A stretch of 63,266 bases of DNA, filler included, from Globobulimina sp. (lineage: Eukaryota), in NCBI GenBank assembly GCA_003354225.1. It is 15 parts of 15 records of this genome, joined end to end, with 100 filler letters (N's around TTAATTAATTAA, not from the genome) between each part and the next. Parts side by side here need not be neighbours in the genome. Positions count along the whole stretch, not along the records: positions 33,830 to 37,952 come from PIVH01001580.1; positions 38,053 to 42,173 come from PIVH01001581.1; positions 42,274 to 46,393 come from PIVH01001582.1; positions 46,494 to 50,612 come from PIVH01001583.1; 11 more parts are not named here. One strand, given 5' to 3'. The notes under the pieces are model-generated. The model was given only the letters and a program-made list of their open reading frames with translations, was not told where the DNA came from and made no database searches. Numbering within the stretch: the stretch's first letter is position 1; each line of letters begins with the position of its first letter. Shown piece after piece: positions 37,735 through 50,712 of the stretch. Made by a program: the position numbers and the translations under genes.

Positions 37735-37952
37735 ATGAACACTGCTTATAATTATTTCCTGCTGGTCTGCATCCTGTTCATTATTAGCAAAGCTGCAGAT
37801 ATTTCTCTGTTTGTTAATGACGGTCACACATCGCGTGCAATCGAGTTAGCAAACACCGCAACAGTAGAACATGTTAAACAAGACATTAGAAACTATCATG
37901 GTTACCGAGCGTCAACAGGAGTAACATTAACATTCGCAGGAGTAACATTGGA
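37735..37952 (+). CDS. Signal-peptide-like N-terminus followed by a ubiquitin-like domain (partial)
   Basis: MNTAYNYFLLVCILFIISKA, then ISLFVN..IEL..ATVEHVKQDI..LTFAGVTL. Confidence 0.55.
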
Positions 37953-38052
37953 NNNNNNNNNNNNNNNNNNNNNNNNNNNNNNNNNNNNNNNNNNNNTTAA
38001 TTAATTAANNNNNNNNNNNNNNNNNNNNNNNNNNNNNNNNNNNNNNNNNNNN

Positions 38053-39430
38053 GGGCGCCTTATTGGAGGCAGCAGAGAAGGTATTATTTATTTATTTATT
38101 TATTTATTATATTAAGCCTTGCACTTATTATTTTATTTTCTTTTATTTTCTTTTCTTTTCTTTTATTTAGCTATTATCGAAAGGTATTCATCCAATTCGT
38201 ATAGCACAAGGCTTTGAGAATGCGTGCGACGAAGCCGTGCGACATTTAAAATGCATATCGGACGAAGTGGAAGTATCTCGAGATAATGCATCCAATTTAT
38301 ATGCAACAGCGGAGACCACGATAAGCAGTAAGATAGTGAATAAGTTTCGCGTTGAAATATCTCGTATCGCAGTGGATGCGGTATTAAGTGTGACCGATTG
38401 GGATAGGAAAGATGTTAACTTTGAGCATATCAAAATCGAGGGAAAAGTAGGCGGCAAATTATCGGACACGTGTTTAGTGCATGGCATCATCATAGATAAA
38501 GAATTTAGTCATCCACAAATGTGCAAATCCATAAAAAATGCACGCATCGCAATCTTAACCTGTCCGTTTGAACCACCACGGCCTAAAACAAAATATAATA
38601 TTGATATCACCACAAGTGAGCAATATATGCAATTGCATGAAATTGAGCAAAAATATTTTAATGATATGATTTGTCACATCATTGATAGCGGCGCAAATGT
38701 GGCCTTTTGTCAATGGGGGTTTGATGATGAAGCAAATCATTTATTATTACAAAAGAGGTTACCCGCCGTCCGATGGATTGGTGGCGTCGAATTGGAGTTA
38801 ATTGCAATGGCCACTGGTGGACACATTGTACCTCGTTTTAAGGAATTAAGCAGTAATAAATTAGGTAAATGTGGTTCAATTCGAACCTTAGAGTTTGGCA
38901 CAACAAAAGATCGAATGTTAGTAATCGAAGAATGTCCAAATTCATCCGCAGTGACAATATTTATACGTGGCGGTAATAAAATGATTGTTGAAGAAGCAAA
39001 GCGTAGTATCCATGACGCTTTGTGTGTGACAAGGAATTTAATTAAAAATTCTCATATCGTATATGGTGGTGGTTCCTGCGAGATATCGACTGCTAATTTT
39101 ATTCGCGAGAAAGCAAATAAAATTGAGAATATGGATCAATATTCCTATCGAGCATTTGCTAATGCTTTAGAGTCAATTCCTATTGCATTGGCTGAGAATT
39201 CTGGTTTATCACCAATTGAATGTGTTGCACAAGCCAATAAATTACAAATTCAACAACAAAATCATTATATTGGTATTGATTGTATGTGTACGGGGCAAAC
39301 CGATATGAAAAAAGCAAAGGTTTATGAGACATTGACTGGCAAACAACAGGCCTATCTTTTAGCCACTCAAGTCGTCAAAATGATACTTAAAATTGATGAT
39401 GTTATGAAACCTTCCGACATTGGCTATTGA
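38053..39430 (+). CDS. CCT5: T-complex protein 1 subunit epsilon (5' partial)
   Basis: GALLEAAEK, intron 38081-38170, then [46 protein letters not shown] and MILKIDD. Confidence 0.97.
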
Positions 39431-39565
39431 TAATATAAATTATATAATATGACCGTAAATTCACTTTGACATGAAAACTTACTTTTTTTTTTTTTAATTC
39501 TACTTTTTTGAAGTGATCTAGTCGGATTAAAAAAAATGCAAGTTTTGACATAATAATTATATAGT

Positions 39566-42094
39566 TTAATCATGGTATTTTTCACCTCTTCCAATACCAA
39601 TTTGAAGCATTTTGGCAAGAAATCGTTTCCTATACATACTGGGCTCAATACATGAGATTCCATATCCATCGACACATTTGATAAACACTTTAAAAAATCG
39701 TTCAATTCTTTTTTCAAAATTATAATCCTGTAAAATATCAATTATTCCCATCAGATAAAATCCAGGACCTTCAATCATTCGCGATTGGTATGACATTGGA
39801 TGGGAAGACAGCTGCGTTAATCCGGTACCTGCGGTAAATGCCCTTCTTCGCAACGCAGGTTCCGATGATTTCCCTTTTGGCGAAAACTTATCTTCCAATT
39901 TACTGAAATCTTTCTTCATTGCACTCATTGTATTTAAATCTAAAATATCTGATTTATTATACTGCACCGAGTGTATTCCAGTTATATCGTCGGCATCATC
40001 GCCTTCCTTTAACTCTCCTTGTTTTAGCTCTTCATTCTCATTCTCTTTCTCGTCATGTATTTGTAATTCTATATTGCTCTCATTCTCATTCTTATTCTTA
40101 TTCTCATTCTCGTTATGTGGCGGCTTATAGCTTCCACCGCGTGTAGCATTTGCATTGAATGACCAGTTTGATTTTGAGAAATTTGCATTTTGTGTAGAAA
40201 TACCAATATAATAAATCCCGAGCAGTAAAGAGTAATCCATAATGTTTAAGGTATTCAGGAAACGCGTATCATGCGACATTTGTTCCCACGCTTTCTTACT
40301 TTTTAAGTATGGAATTAATACATTTTTTTTAAGATCTTCATCTTTCATCAATTTGCCTAACTCAATGTGGTGTTTTGTGTGCCGATTAATCCACGAACCT
40401 TTAATGTCGTATTTTTCATGAGGCTCTAAATCGGGAATGAATAAATATTTCATTATTGTAAAATAGAGCCTCGTGCCGTATAACTTTATCCCATATAAAC
40501 CATAAAACTTTGTTATAAACGAATGTGGAAACTTCCTCATATGTTCAAAATAACCGGGCAATATTCGTAAAAATGTAATGGCTTCGGACTTACGCAACGT
40601 TTTAACCATAAATTCACTGTTTGGTGTCATAAAAAAGAATGCGCCGGATTTGCCTTCAGAGAATTTCGCAGATAATTCATCCATCGTTGAATGATTATCG
40701 ATTGCTATTTTCACGGATTGTGCATACTCGGTCTCTGAGGTCGAAAAACAATTTGCACGCAAATACTTAAAGACGTGCGGCGAATAATCGATAAAATCAA
40801 TCTGGTCAATACCGCCGGAACTATGCGATGCCATTAAAAACCTGTGGATGCTCTGATTATTTGTGTACTCCATCTCGAGCGCCGAACCTTTCTTCATCCG
40901 ACTTATTGTATTGATGGGGGAGAAATGCTCTGCATTTATTGAGTAGGCGCCATTGCCATTGCCATTGGTGTTATATTCCCGATTATGTGTAAAATGGTCC
41001 AAACTTTGGGTGACGCCCGAACACATATTCCGGATTAATTCCAGACGCAACGCAGACGACATATTCATATTATTGCTATTCTTGTTGCTGTCCATATGCA
41101 TTGCCATGGTCATGGATGGCGAGCGATACTCAAAGGAAAGTATGTCCTGATCCGGATCCGCGATGTTGCCATCCTTTGAGTTTCCATCCATTTGTTGCCT
41201 TTTCCGCAAGAAATTCCCTAAATAGGTTGATCTATACATATAAATGGTTGCTTTTTTCATTCGAAATTTTTGTAGTACCCAAGTGGTGCAGTCAATGGAG
41301 GCGGTCCCGACAATGATAAAAGAGACAGCAAAGGACAGGCCGCCAGAGCCTAACGTTTGTAGTAATAATATAAACCAGGCAATGCCGAGAATAGTATATA
41401 ATAATACAAAAATGATATGGTCTTTAACCATAATGGTCGCGTGCTGGAAAACCTCACCCAAACCATTTTTTAGTCGAAAAAACACAAATATTAATGATAA
41501 GAGACCAGACAAAGTGCCAATGATATATGGACCTAAAAATGTAAACCATTCTTGTATTTTTTCGGGTTTGTTGCTCTTATTTATGCCCAAAAAACAAAGC
41601 TCTCCGTTATGTTCGTGCCTATAGCCATTGCCATTAATAATGGAGAATATCAGTGTAAGAATGGCAGACAATGTCCATGAGCAAATGTGCACAATTCGTG
41701 CGGTATAAGACACAGAGCGTAATGGGTATGTACAGGTTGTATATAAGTCATAACACATTCCAATAAAATAAAATTGTGATGACATGAAGAAAAATGCAAT
41801 TAATGGACCCCAATCAGAACATATGGCTGCTTTTGCAGTGGGATTTAATCCGCCATCGTCCACAACTGCGGATAACAATAAAGTGGAAAATATAAACCCG
41901 GTGTCTGCTAAAGTGCGCGCAAAATGTAATCCTGCTGGATGCGATCGAATACGTTTAAATCGACAAAATGTATATAAAACAAATATTAATAAAGGTGCTG
42001 CAATTGAGCCTGATATGATATATGCGTTTGATGGGTCCGACCATGTGTTGTCCAGGTCGGAATATTGAGGACTTGTTGGATTTGGACTTGCCAT
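39566..42094 (-). CDS. GPCR-PIPK: 7TM (cAMP-receptor-like) domain fused to phosphatidylinositol-phosphate kinase
   Basis: Seven hydrophobic segments, linker ALRLEL..SGV, then FIDYSPHVF..LR, SEGKSGAFF, FMVKT, YDIKGS, MKDED, IMDYSLLLGI and GIIDILQ.Y...K..E. Confidence 0.93.
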   Translation of the reverse strand: MASPNPTSPQYSDLDNTWSDPSNAYIISGSIAAPLLIFVLYTFCRFKRIRSHPAGLHFARTLADTGFIFSTLLLSAVVDDGGLNPTAKAAICSDWGPLIAFFFMSSQFYFIGMCYDLYTTCTYPLRSVSYTARIVHICSWTLSAILTLIFSIINGNGYRHEHNGELCFLGINKSNKPEKIQEWFTFLGPYIIGTLSGLLSLIFVFFRLKNGLGEVFQHATIMVKDHIIFVLLYTILGIAWFILLLQTLGSGGLSFAVSFIIVGTASIDCTTWVLQKFRMKKATIYMYRSTYLGNFLRKRQQMDGNSKDGNIADPDQDILSFEYRSPSMTMAMHMDSNKNSNNMNMSSALRLELIRNMCSGVTQSLDHFTHNREYNTNGNGNGAYSINAEHFSPINTISRMKKGSALEMEYTNNQSIHRFLMASHSSGGIDQIDFIDYSPHVFKYLRANCFSTSETEYAQSVKIAIDNHSTMDELSAKFSEGKSGAFFFMTPNSEFMVKTLRKSEAITFLRILPGYFEHMRKFPHSFITKFYGLYGIKLYGTRLYFTIMKYLFIPDLEPHEKYDIKGSWINRHTKHHIELGKLMKDEDLKKNVLIPYLKSKKAWEQMSHDTRFLNTLNIMDYSLLLGIYYIGISTQNANFSKSNWSFNANATRGGSYKPPHNENENKNKNENESNIELQIHDEKENENEELKQGELKEGDDADDITGIHSVQYNKSDILDLNTMSAMKKDFSKLEDKFSPKGKSSEPALRRRAFTAGTGLTQLSSHPMSYQSRMIEGPGFYLMGIIDILQDYNFEKRIERFFKVFIKCVDGYGISCIEPSMYRKRFLAKMLQIGIGRGEKYHD

Positions 42095-42943
42095 TGTTGA
42101 CTGATTAGAATTTTTGCTTTTAGTTAAAGAAAAAACGCAAGGAACGCTTTTTTTTTATTTTCATTATTTTAAANNNNNNNNNNNNNNNNNNNNNNNNNNN
42201 NNNNNNNNNNNNNNNNNTTAATTAATTAANNNNNNNNNNNNNNNNNNNNNNNNNNNNNNNNNNNNNNNNNNNNAACTTTGCATAAATATTTGTAACATTT
42301 TATAATAATGAATAGCAAAATAAATGACAGCAATATTAAACAAAACATCCGGGATCAGTAAAAATAGAAACAAATCAATATATGGGTTTACCACAAATAT
42401 TTTTGTAATAATAATATGGATCAAAAGTATGGAATGGAATTTTTATTTCATTTTATTTTTGAATATTGTTATGTTATTAATATACATATGAATAATTATT
42501 TAATTTATCAAACTTTGCATACATTACAGTCTGTTGAATGTAGCCGTAATAGTTTAGTTTGTGTATTGTCCGATGGAATATTGGGTATTTTAATAAGTTA
42601 TTTATGGCGATCTCATCCAAATTGGCATCACATTGAATGGGTCGAACAGCATCAAATGCATAAACATCAAATAAATGAATACGATGCAACAAAACTAAAA
42701 TTAATGGTTAGTAAAACACAAAATAACTTGTTATTGAAATTAAATGAATTAACAACGATAATTGCAGAGAATTGCCAAGATGGAAAACGAAAGAAACGAG
42801 AAATCTCATTGGTTCTCAGATAGACACTGTTTATTTGTATGTTATATATGTTTATAATATCCATACATTGTCAATATTCAGCTTTTAATAATTTAATCGC
42901 AAACCGACTATAAATTACTTACAAATAACAACTAAAAAAAATA

Positions 42944-45900
42944 TTATTTTGTGGTTATATCAACAATATGCATAATATTGCATGCATTACCAATAATAAA
43001 TAAAATAAACCCAGAAACTAACAACAGCACAGCACCAATCCGATCGAACCAAAAAGTCCAACTTTGGTTCACCTTTTCCAATGTTTTAATCCTTTGCATT
43101 TTTTCTGCTTTCAATTGTGTTTCAACTTTCTCCTGAATCGTTTTACTCGCTTCCCGCAAGTTATATGTTTTTGACTGAGATACAAATGTTTGCGAGACAG
43201 ACACCACCGACACTTCCCGCTTTTTATTATTCTTATCCACATTCTTTGACTTTGACCTCTCCATTCGATCATTCTTAGCTTTATTCAATTTGTGATACTT
43301 TGAACTTTGTCCCCACCATTTTGACTTCCTCTCTTTACTCTGACTTTTTTTATGTTTTTTCCTCTTCAAACTGCCGCCTTCATAGCTTCCATAGCTTCCA
43401 AGTACACCGCTTTCCTCTTCCACATTACAGTTATATTTATGTTTGGTGTGCGATGAAAACGAGACGTACTCCGAATACCCATCAACGCCATGCAATTTAT
43501 TGCCGGTACTACTCACAAGCTCGTCCAGTTCCGGTGTCCGCGAATCCGGAGTCGGCGACGCGGATTTTGATGAATGGTCGCTCAGCTTACTAATATTATA
43601 TTTTTCTTCCATTTCCGCATCAAAGGTCGAGCTCGACGCTGATTCTTCGTCGTCAATGGCTATCAACACAGATTTTTTGCACGACCCCGTACCGTATAAC
43701 CTCGAATGCGACTCAATAATGACATGATTCCACGAATCGGGCGTCATGATATTTGGTAGCAACCCGTCGTTTGTGTTGAATATTTTATTTGTAAGCTGCG
43801 AGCCGGATAATAAGGAAGATTTATTGTCCACATCGCTTTGATTTCGGTCGTTGACGGTCCGCGCATAGTTCATCAACGGCGGCGTAGCTGTGGCAATGAT
43901 CGAGTTTAATGTCGACTGTGCGTTCAAATTATATTTGGATAAATGTGGGGCAATCACATCACTGCTGTTATTGTGGTGATACTCCATCATGGCAGTCACA
44001 AAAGTTTGCGACGGGAATATAATAATATTCCAAAACAACAATCCCGGCAAAATTAGACACAAAATAGTGGCAAATATGGCGCCGCTCCACGCAAATAACA
44101 CCGCCAAATCCTTGATAAACAATGCAATGATTAATGCAAATACGCTCACAAAAAAGGTCAGCAATATATGCTGCGTAATCGTGTTCTGCTGCGGATGATT
44201 TGTGAATATTAAGACCGACATTGAATGCCGAGACGGTTCCAGCACAGTGGGATAAAACAAAAACATTGCTATGCCAATAATTATCATAGCGCTTAATATA
44301 TAGAGATTGTCCACTTTGTCTTTTAAATTCAAAACCACGTTGGTTTCCACTGTTGGATTGTTGCTGAAATAGAAATATCCGCAACTGCCTAATATCAATA
44401 TATAGATTGTATGCTGTATGAGCGCGCCATGTGCGATTTGGTTCAGTTTGGGCCGGTTCTCCGAGGATAGTTTCTCGTGCACTTTGAACAGTTCACAGTG
44501 TGTGGTCAACGCGTATAAAATGATGGGATATCCGAGCGACAATGAATAAAAGTTAGAGAGCAAAGTCTGACTCTCATCAATGTAGATTCCAATATGAATG
44601 CCCTCTGAGTCGAAGGAGATGTTTTCATTGCTATCATCGTCGCAGAATCTGTCCATGCAAGCTAAGGTGATGGCGAATAAAAAGGAAATCATACATATAT
44701 TGTACAGCGTGTCTCGCAGTCTATTCATATTTCGAGGGCGCTCTCGGCGACGTCTCCGCTGTTTCAGCTTAAACCGCTGTAAATGCGCCGGTTTGTCCTT
44801 GAATGATAGCGGCAGCAATATGAACAATGTGACAATCACCAACAAAAAGGAGCGATTGGCCAGGAACGAATGGGATAAATGATCGGCAAACACAGGTTGG
44901 ATTAGGTCCGCTAAGGCGATCAGAATGGCAATGCATTGTGTGAAACAATAACCAAATATTATAATGTTGATGAACAAGACTCCGCATTTATTTTTTAGAT
45001 ACAATATGGTTAACTGCTGTATGGAGCGCACACCGGTACATTTCTGACATTGTAGCAACAATCGCATAGATAATAGTTGTAACAGTACAATTACTGCGAT
45101 CACGATAAAGCCGTAAAGCCATCCGCATAAAGAGAAGACATACGGTATACACAACACACTGCATCCGAGCGTGGAGGCGGACAAATTGCACAACACTGCG
45201 CCGATGGAGCCATATTCAAAGAAGAAAAAGTAGGATTTGGGCTGTTTTTTATGTCTCCGCATTTTCTGTCTGTTTATAACAAACAACAAACAACAGAAAC
45301 ATGTGAATATTAATATGTTTCTGCAGTATTAAATCATCGCAAAATATAGCATACCGTGCCCGTATTACTTCTTTTCTATCCTTTTCAGCTCTGCGTATTT
45401 TCTCAAACGAGTCATCGGATACAATGTCCAATTGATAGTCTTCTTCGTTTAGTCTCTTTGTGATGGCGTTATACAGATTTTTGCTGTTTGTGATGCTTTT
45501 GGATAAATCGGTGGCGATGGACGACTTCATCGCCAATCTATCCTTGGGATTAATATAGCGAAATTTCGGATTGTTTGTCAATATTTCTTTGCCTAATTTG
45601 CTTAAATAATGGATTTTATTGCTGTGCAAGCTTGATTTGGAAACATTTATTTTGCCATAAAATAAGGTGTTATCACTGCTGTAGCCGTCATTGGCTGTGG
45701 CTTCATCTTCTAATAAAAATACGGAGGCACGCAATACATCGTCGTCCTCGGGCAACGAACAGCTCTCTGTCAACAATGGCTTCTCTTTGCTTTTATTCAC
45801 CGCTCTCTTCTTACTCTTACTTGTTTGTTGGGCGTTGGTCGATGGCCTCGCTGGCTTCTTAGATGAGGCACGTTTGGCTGTTTTGGCAGCTTGGCTCTGC

Positions 45901-46393
45901 TCATATTTTTGTTGTTGGCTCTGCTGATATTGTGCCATTAGTCGGTAATATTCTTGTTGTTGCAGCTGCGATTGCTGTTGCTGTGATTGGTGCCGTTGTT
46001 GAGAATACTCGATATTATAATTATTGTGTATATGTTAATTAGGTGTGCGAGGATAGAATAATGTAAATATATATATATATATATGCTAGTACTTGTAGAG
46101 AGGGCTGTTGTTGGTGGTAATATACGTCGGTATGATGTGATTGTAGCTGTGGATGTGGATGGGGCGCTACTCTGTGATTTGATGATGTTGCTTTGTTTTG
46201 TTTGGTAAATGAATGTTGAGCGTATTTGTGGGAATGGTGATTTTTATTGGTTGTGTATTGTGAATGCTGTTGCGAATGTTTTGTATATTGTTGTTGTGGA
46301 TATTTGTTTGGTGGAATATTTCGTTTTTGTCGTTGATGATTTGTTGATTGATATTGACGAGAATAGTTTTTATATTGTTGTTGTTGCTGTTGT
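42944..46393 (-). CDS. Amino-acid transporter (Aa_trans/SLC38-like) with a long Q/N-rich N-terminus and a large Ser/Lys-rich loop before the last TM; 5' partial
   Basis: NLSASTLGCSVLCIPY, YALTTH and LILPGL. Intron 45270-45354 joins ORF 45249-45938 in frame (VIRAR|QKMRR). Further Q/N-rich sequence upstream is inferred to be exonic. Confidence 0.8.
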
Positions 46394-47304
46394 NNNNNNN
46401 NNNNNNNNNNNNNNNNNNNNNNNNNNNNNNNNNNNNNTTAATTAATTAANNNNNNNNNNNNNNNNNNNNNNNNNNNNNNNNNNNNNNNNNNNNAACCTGT
46501 CCGTTAAATACATGAGCCAGCAGACCAACCAAAAGTTAGAAGCCGTTAAATGGACCACAGTCACCAACGTGACATACAGTCACATACTGCAATACGCCAA
46601 TAAAGCAGTATGGATAACATTATGTAGCATTACCAATCGTAAACAGACTAATCGATGGGCTACTTTTTACGTTTGCAGCTAAACGGTGTAGGCACTGACA
46701 ACAAGCGACCACTTTTGAAAAACAAAAGTGTGGCGAGTACTCCTTAGAGGTGGATAGCCCACAAAACACCTACGCATTTGGTCTTATTTGCCCCATGCAC
46801 AAAATATATTGATCCTGGCACTCAAAACATATATAGACATTAAAACGAGGAGCATCGATCTTAGAATCTTTCCAGGCGATGGTTGGAGCAGATGAAGATG
46901 ACGATGACTGTGATGATTTTGACGATGTGCCATTCACAATGACATCGACATACACAGAAAAGAAAAAATTAACACCAGAAGTATTAGAGTTTTTAAATTG
47001 AACAATATTTGTCGTACATTTGTGTAATTACTTATAGATTGTTTGTTGTTTGTTTGTTTGTATACGTGTTTTAATAAAATTTGTTTTGTTTGTGTTCATG
47101 CATATTAATAATATTTCCGTTTTTATTTTTCTTTGTTTTTTATTTTGTTTGTTTATTTTTTTTATTTTGTTTTCAATTGTCTCAAAATTTCTCATTTGTC
47201 TGTGTTCAGTATTTTAAGTTTATTATTTTTTTTATCTTGCACTAAACGTCGACTAGCTTAAGTGAATCGAGCATGGACTAGTTTCCCTCTTCAAAATACT
47301 GCAA

Positions 47305-49125
47305 ATGATAGGCAAAACAGCACAGTTGTTTTCTTACAGGAGCTTCTATGCATCAATACCTGTATCACGATTATGTTTGACATGCAAGCGATCATTCACT
47401 GCCTTATCTATTACAAATTTAATGTCAGAATTGGATGAAGCAGGTTCATGCAAAAACGATAACAAAGTTATTGAATTGTGGCATATGGCGGAAGCAAATG
47501 AGTTTAATAAAAATAATGCTTGTTTGCGGAATTTTTTATATTGGTTTTCATCATTAGGACAAATACAATATACATTGGATTGCGTCTCATCACTAATCCC
47601 CAACGTAACCACCGACGACACATTGCAACTATTAACAACATATAAAAATGCAAAAAACCATAAAATGGCTCAATATGCATTACAATTATTAGTCGACAAT
47701 CAATTTGAATTAAATCGTCAACATTTTGATGTTCTAATCGCAACTTCGGCAAATAATGGGGACATCGCGTCCATTATTCATATTTTAAATATTATGAAAT
47801 ACGAATATAGCACAAATGAGCCCAACCAGCAAACACTAGATTTAATATTTGCGAGTTTAGAGAATTATTATCAAAAAAATAAATATTTATTATCAAATGT
47901 CGATATCCATGCAATCATTCAACAAATTCAAGAAAACTTATTTAAAATATGTATGCATTCAAATAAGGATAAGGATAAGGACAAATACATTATTTCTTTC
48001 ATGAAATGGTACTGCGAGTTCGGCGATGTTAACAATGCTTTCATATTATATGAAAATGTATCATTTGAAAAACATGCATCCGGATTGTCGTCAGATATCA
48101 TGGAACAGTTAGCCATCAAACAAATATCCCTGTTATTTGTGAATAAGATCAACTTATCCAAAGCCATATCGTTACTAAACCAAGTGTTACATTTGCAAAT
48201 CGAAGACAATTCTAAATTATATTCTTTTTTTAATTTAGATAGCAAAAATAAGCAAATTATTCCCATGATTAATACCTCGCGGCATATATTTGATATGTTG
48301 ACTGATCACAGAGGCGGATTTGATGGATTATGCGATGTGAATATATTGAATTTATTGTTACATATCAGCTATTTATCGGGTGACTTACATAATGCACTGT
48401 ATATATTGCATAATACGTTGGAAATAGGGATAATTGAACCAAATCATAATACCATTCAATATATTTCAAAAGTATTTGCATTGAATGTAAACGATTATGT
48501 CCAGCCACGTACCATCGATTGGAGTATTTCGATTTATAATTGGTTATTAAATAAATATTGTGAGGTTATAAACGAAAATGAGTTGTTTATACGTGATATA
48601 ATATCAAATACTACGCAGAATCTATTGAGCTTATTATTGAATGATATTGATAATATTCGTCATTTTCGCGATGTATTACGAAGTATTAAGACAATAATGC
48701 CTGAATTTGAAACAGATGCAAAATTGTTTACCATTTTAGGGAAACAGATTGTAAGTAATCAGACGCAGTTAAATGATGTTTTGGAGAAAACAATTGAGAT
48801 TTATGGATATATGGTGGAATCGCGAGATAATGCATCAAATGCAAAGAAACTAACATCAGTTACGGATAGAGCCAGATTGTTAGGATCTGTTTTAACAAAC
48901 TATGATAAAAATATTTGTAAGTTGTATGAGGAAACTGTTGGTGGTTCAAAACAATCATATTTTCAAATTCGACGGGATTTACAGCAACAATTTGTCTTAA
49001 AACTCAATCGAAAATATGCATTGGCTGACATATTGACTCTTGATGTACTCGAATTGACTCGAACCAAACAAGTTGAACATACCACCGCATTGACAGATAA
49101 TTTAATGGATGTAAATGTGACTTGA
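47305..49125 (+). CDS. Helical-repeat (PPR-like) protein with probable mitochondrial presequence
   Basis: PPR-like units HFDVLIATSANNGDIASI..PN, SFMKWYCEFGDVNNAF and ILNLLLHISYLSGDLHNAL..IEPN. Confidence 0.65.
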   Translation: MIGKTAQLFSYRSFYASIPVSRLCLTCKRSFTALSITNLMSELDEAGSCKNDNKVIELWHMAEANEFNKNNACLRNFLYWFSSLGQIQYTLDCVSSLIPNVTTDDTLQLLTTYKNAKNHKMAQYALQLLVDNQFELNRQHFDVLIATSANNGDIASIIHILNIMKYEYSTNEPNQQTLDLIFASLENYYQKNKYLLSNVDIHAIIQQIQENLFKICMHSNKDKDKDKYIISFMKWYCEFGDVNNAFILYENVSFEKHASGLSSDIMEQLAIKQISLLFVNKINLSKAISLLNQVLHLQIEDNSKLYSFFNLDSKNKQIIPMINTSRHIFDMLTDHRGGFDGLCDVNILNLLLHISYLSGDLHNALYILHNTLEIGIIEPNHNTIQYISKVFALNVNDYVQPRTIDWSISIYNWLLNKYCEVINENELFIRDIISNTTQNLLSLLLNDIDNIRHFRDVLRSIKTIMPEFETDAKLFTILGKQIVSNQTQLNDVLEKTIEIYGYMVESRDNASNAKKLTSVTDRARLLGSVLTNYDKNICKLYEETVGGSKQSYFQIRRDLQQQFVLKLNRKYALADILTLDVLELTRTKQVEHTTALTDNLMDVNVT

Positions 49126-49198
49126 ATAATAATAATAATACACTGTACTGTATATTAAATAGAAAATGTGAAAAACTTTCACAACGGAATCATCAATC

Positions 49199-50612
49199 AT
49201 GACGTTGTTAAGCAGAGCTTTCAGTAGTGTTCGTCATCCATCTCAGTCTATTTCATCATCGATACAATCATTCAGTAGCACTGCTGATTATTCATCAACA
49301 GCACATAATGATAAAACATGTGATATTGCCATTATTGGAGCAGGTATTATGGGCTTAAACACCGCATATCAAATAGCAAGACGTTGTCCATCAACAAAAA
49401 TCAAAATATTTGAAAAATCTGCTGGTGCAGGTTATGGTTCATCCGGTGCTTCGTCAGCAATATGCAGAACATTTTATACATTTGAAAACCAAATCAGACT
49501 CAGTCAAGATGGCATTCACTTATACCAACACTGGAATGACTATCTACAATATCATGCGTCTGCTGCATTTACGAAAACTGGAATGTTAATAATGGCTCCA
49601 ATGACAAAACAAGAAGTTACTGAGCATCAAATAAAATATTCAAAGTTAGGAATATCGACGTGTATCGTTGATAAAAATATGATGACATCACGCTTTCCTC
49701 AAATTAATGCAGACATTGGTTTCTTTGATAACAACGGCGAGAAAGAATTCGTCCCAAAAGAAATGGATCAAGACACTTTTTTCTTTTATGAAGAAAACAG
49801 CGGATATTTTGAGCCAGTTCAAGCTTTAACCGATTTAAGAAATGTATTAAAAGATAATTTTTCTTCAACTGTTTCATTTTACTTCAATACGAATGTAAAT
49901 AAAATACTTCATTCATCAGGTTGGGACATATTAATTGTTACACTTTTCAATTATTACATGATTTAAAACATCTCTTTTTTGGATTTCGACAGCAGAATTA
50001 ACCCAAAAAAGATGTTTTTAAATTTGTAATGTTCAAACTATTTAAATAATATTGTTGGAAAAAGGTAGGGTCAAAGGTTTACAAATTGAGAGTAATTATA
50101 CAGGACTTGATGAAATATATTGTGATACCATTGTCAATGCGAGCGGACCGTGGTATAATAAGGTGATAAATGAATTAGATTTGGACATTCCATTCACGTT
50201 ATCTCCAGTTCGAATACAAGTGATTTATAAGGACTGTCCAGAATTGTTTGCCGAAAATGCATTGGCTGCGAAAGAAAATGGTGTTCCGATTCCAGTGATC
50301 CACGATGTGTTTGGTGGCGTTTATATGAGGGCGCAAAAGCAAAGCAAACAGATATTATGTTCCACCACGAAAGACGAAGAGAAACGGGATAGAATCGAGC
50401 CAGATAATGAGTTACCATTTGGTGCTGACCCTGAATATAGGAATAAATATTTAAATTCAATGCATCACAGATTGGAACCCATATTGACAGCCACTTCATC
50501 CAAAGTTCAGTCATTGAATGGGATTTATACAGTGTGCGAGCAAGATGTTCATTACATAATTGGACCAACGAAACTAAAGGGATTTATTGTTTGTAATGGT
50601 TTTAGTGGCCAT
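49199..50612 (+). CDS. FAD-dependent oxidoreductase (DAO/sarcosine oxidase family) with probable mitochondrial presequence; 3' partial
   Basis: DIAIIGAGIMG, GYGSSGASSA, SGYFEP, IVNASGPW and CNGFSGH. Intron at about 49920-50074. Confidence 0.92.
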
Positions 50613-50712
50613 NNNNNNNNNNNNNNNNNNNNNNNNNNNNNNNNNNNNNNNNNNNNTTAATTAATTAANNNNNNNNNNNNNNNNNNNNNNNNNNNNNNNN
50701 NNNNNNNNNNNN

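Noticed and set aside
42416-42823. 135-aa ORF as a complete gene
   Set aside because: The 5' part looks intronic and AT-rich with no recognisable domain; at most it is a terminal exon fragment.
46494-47000. Possible 3' end of a gene (..DDDDCDDFDDVPF..EFLN*)
   Set aside because: The upstream frame is broken by stops and no family is recognisable, so it cannot be supported.
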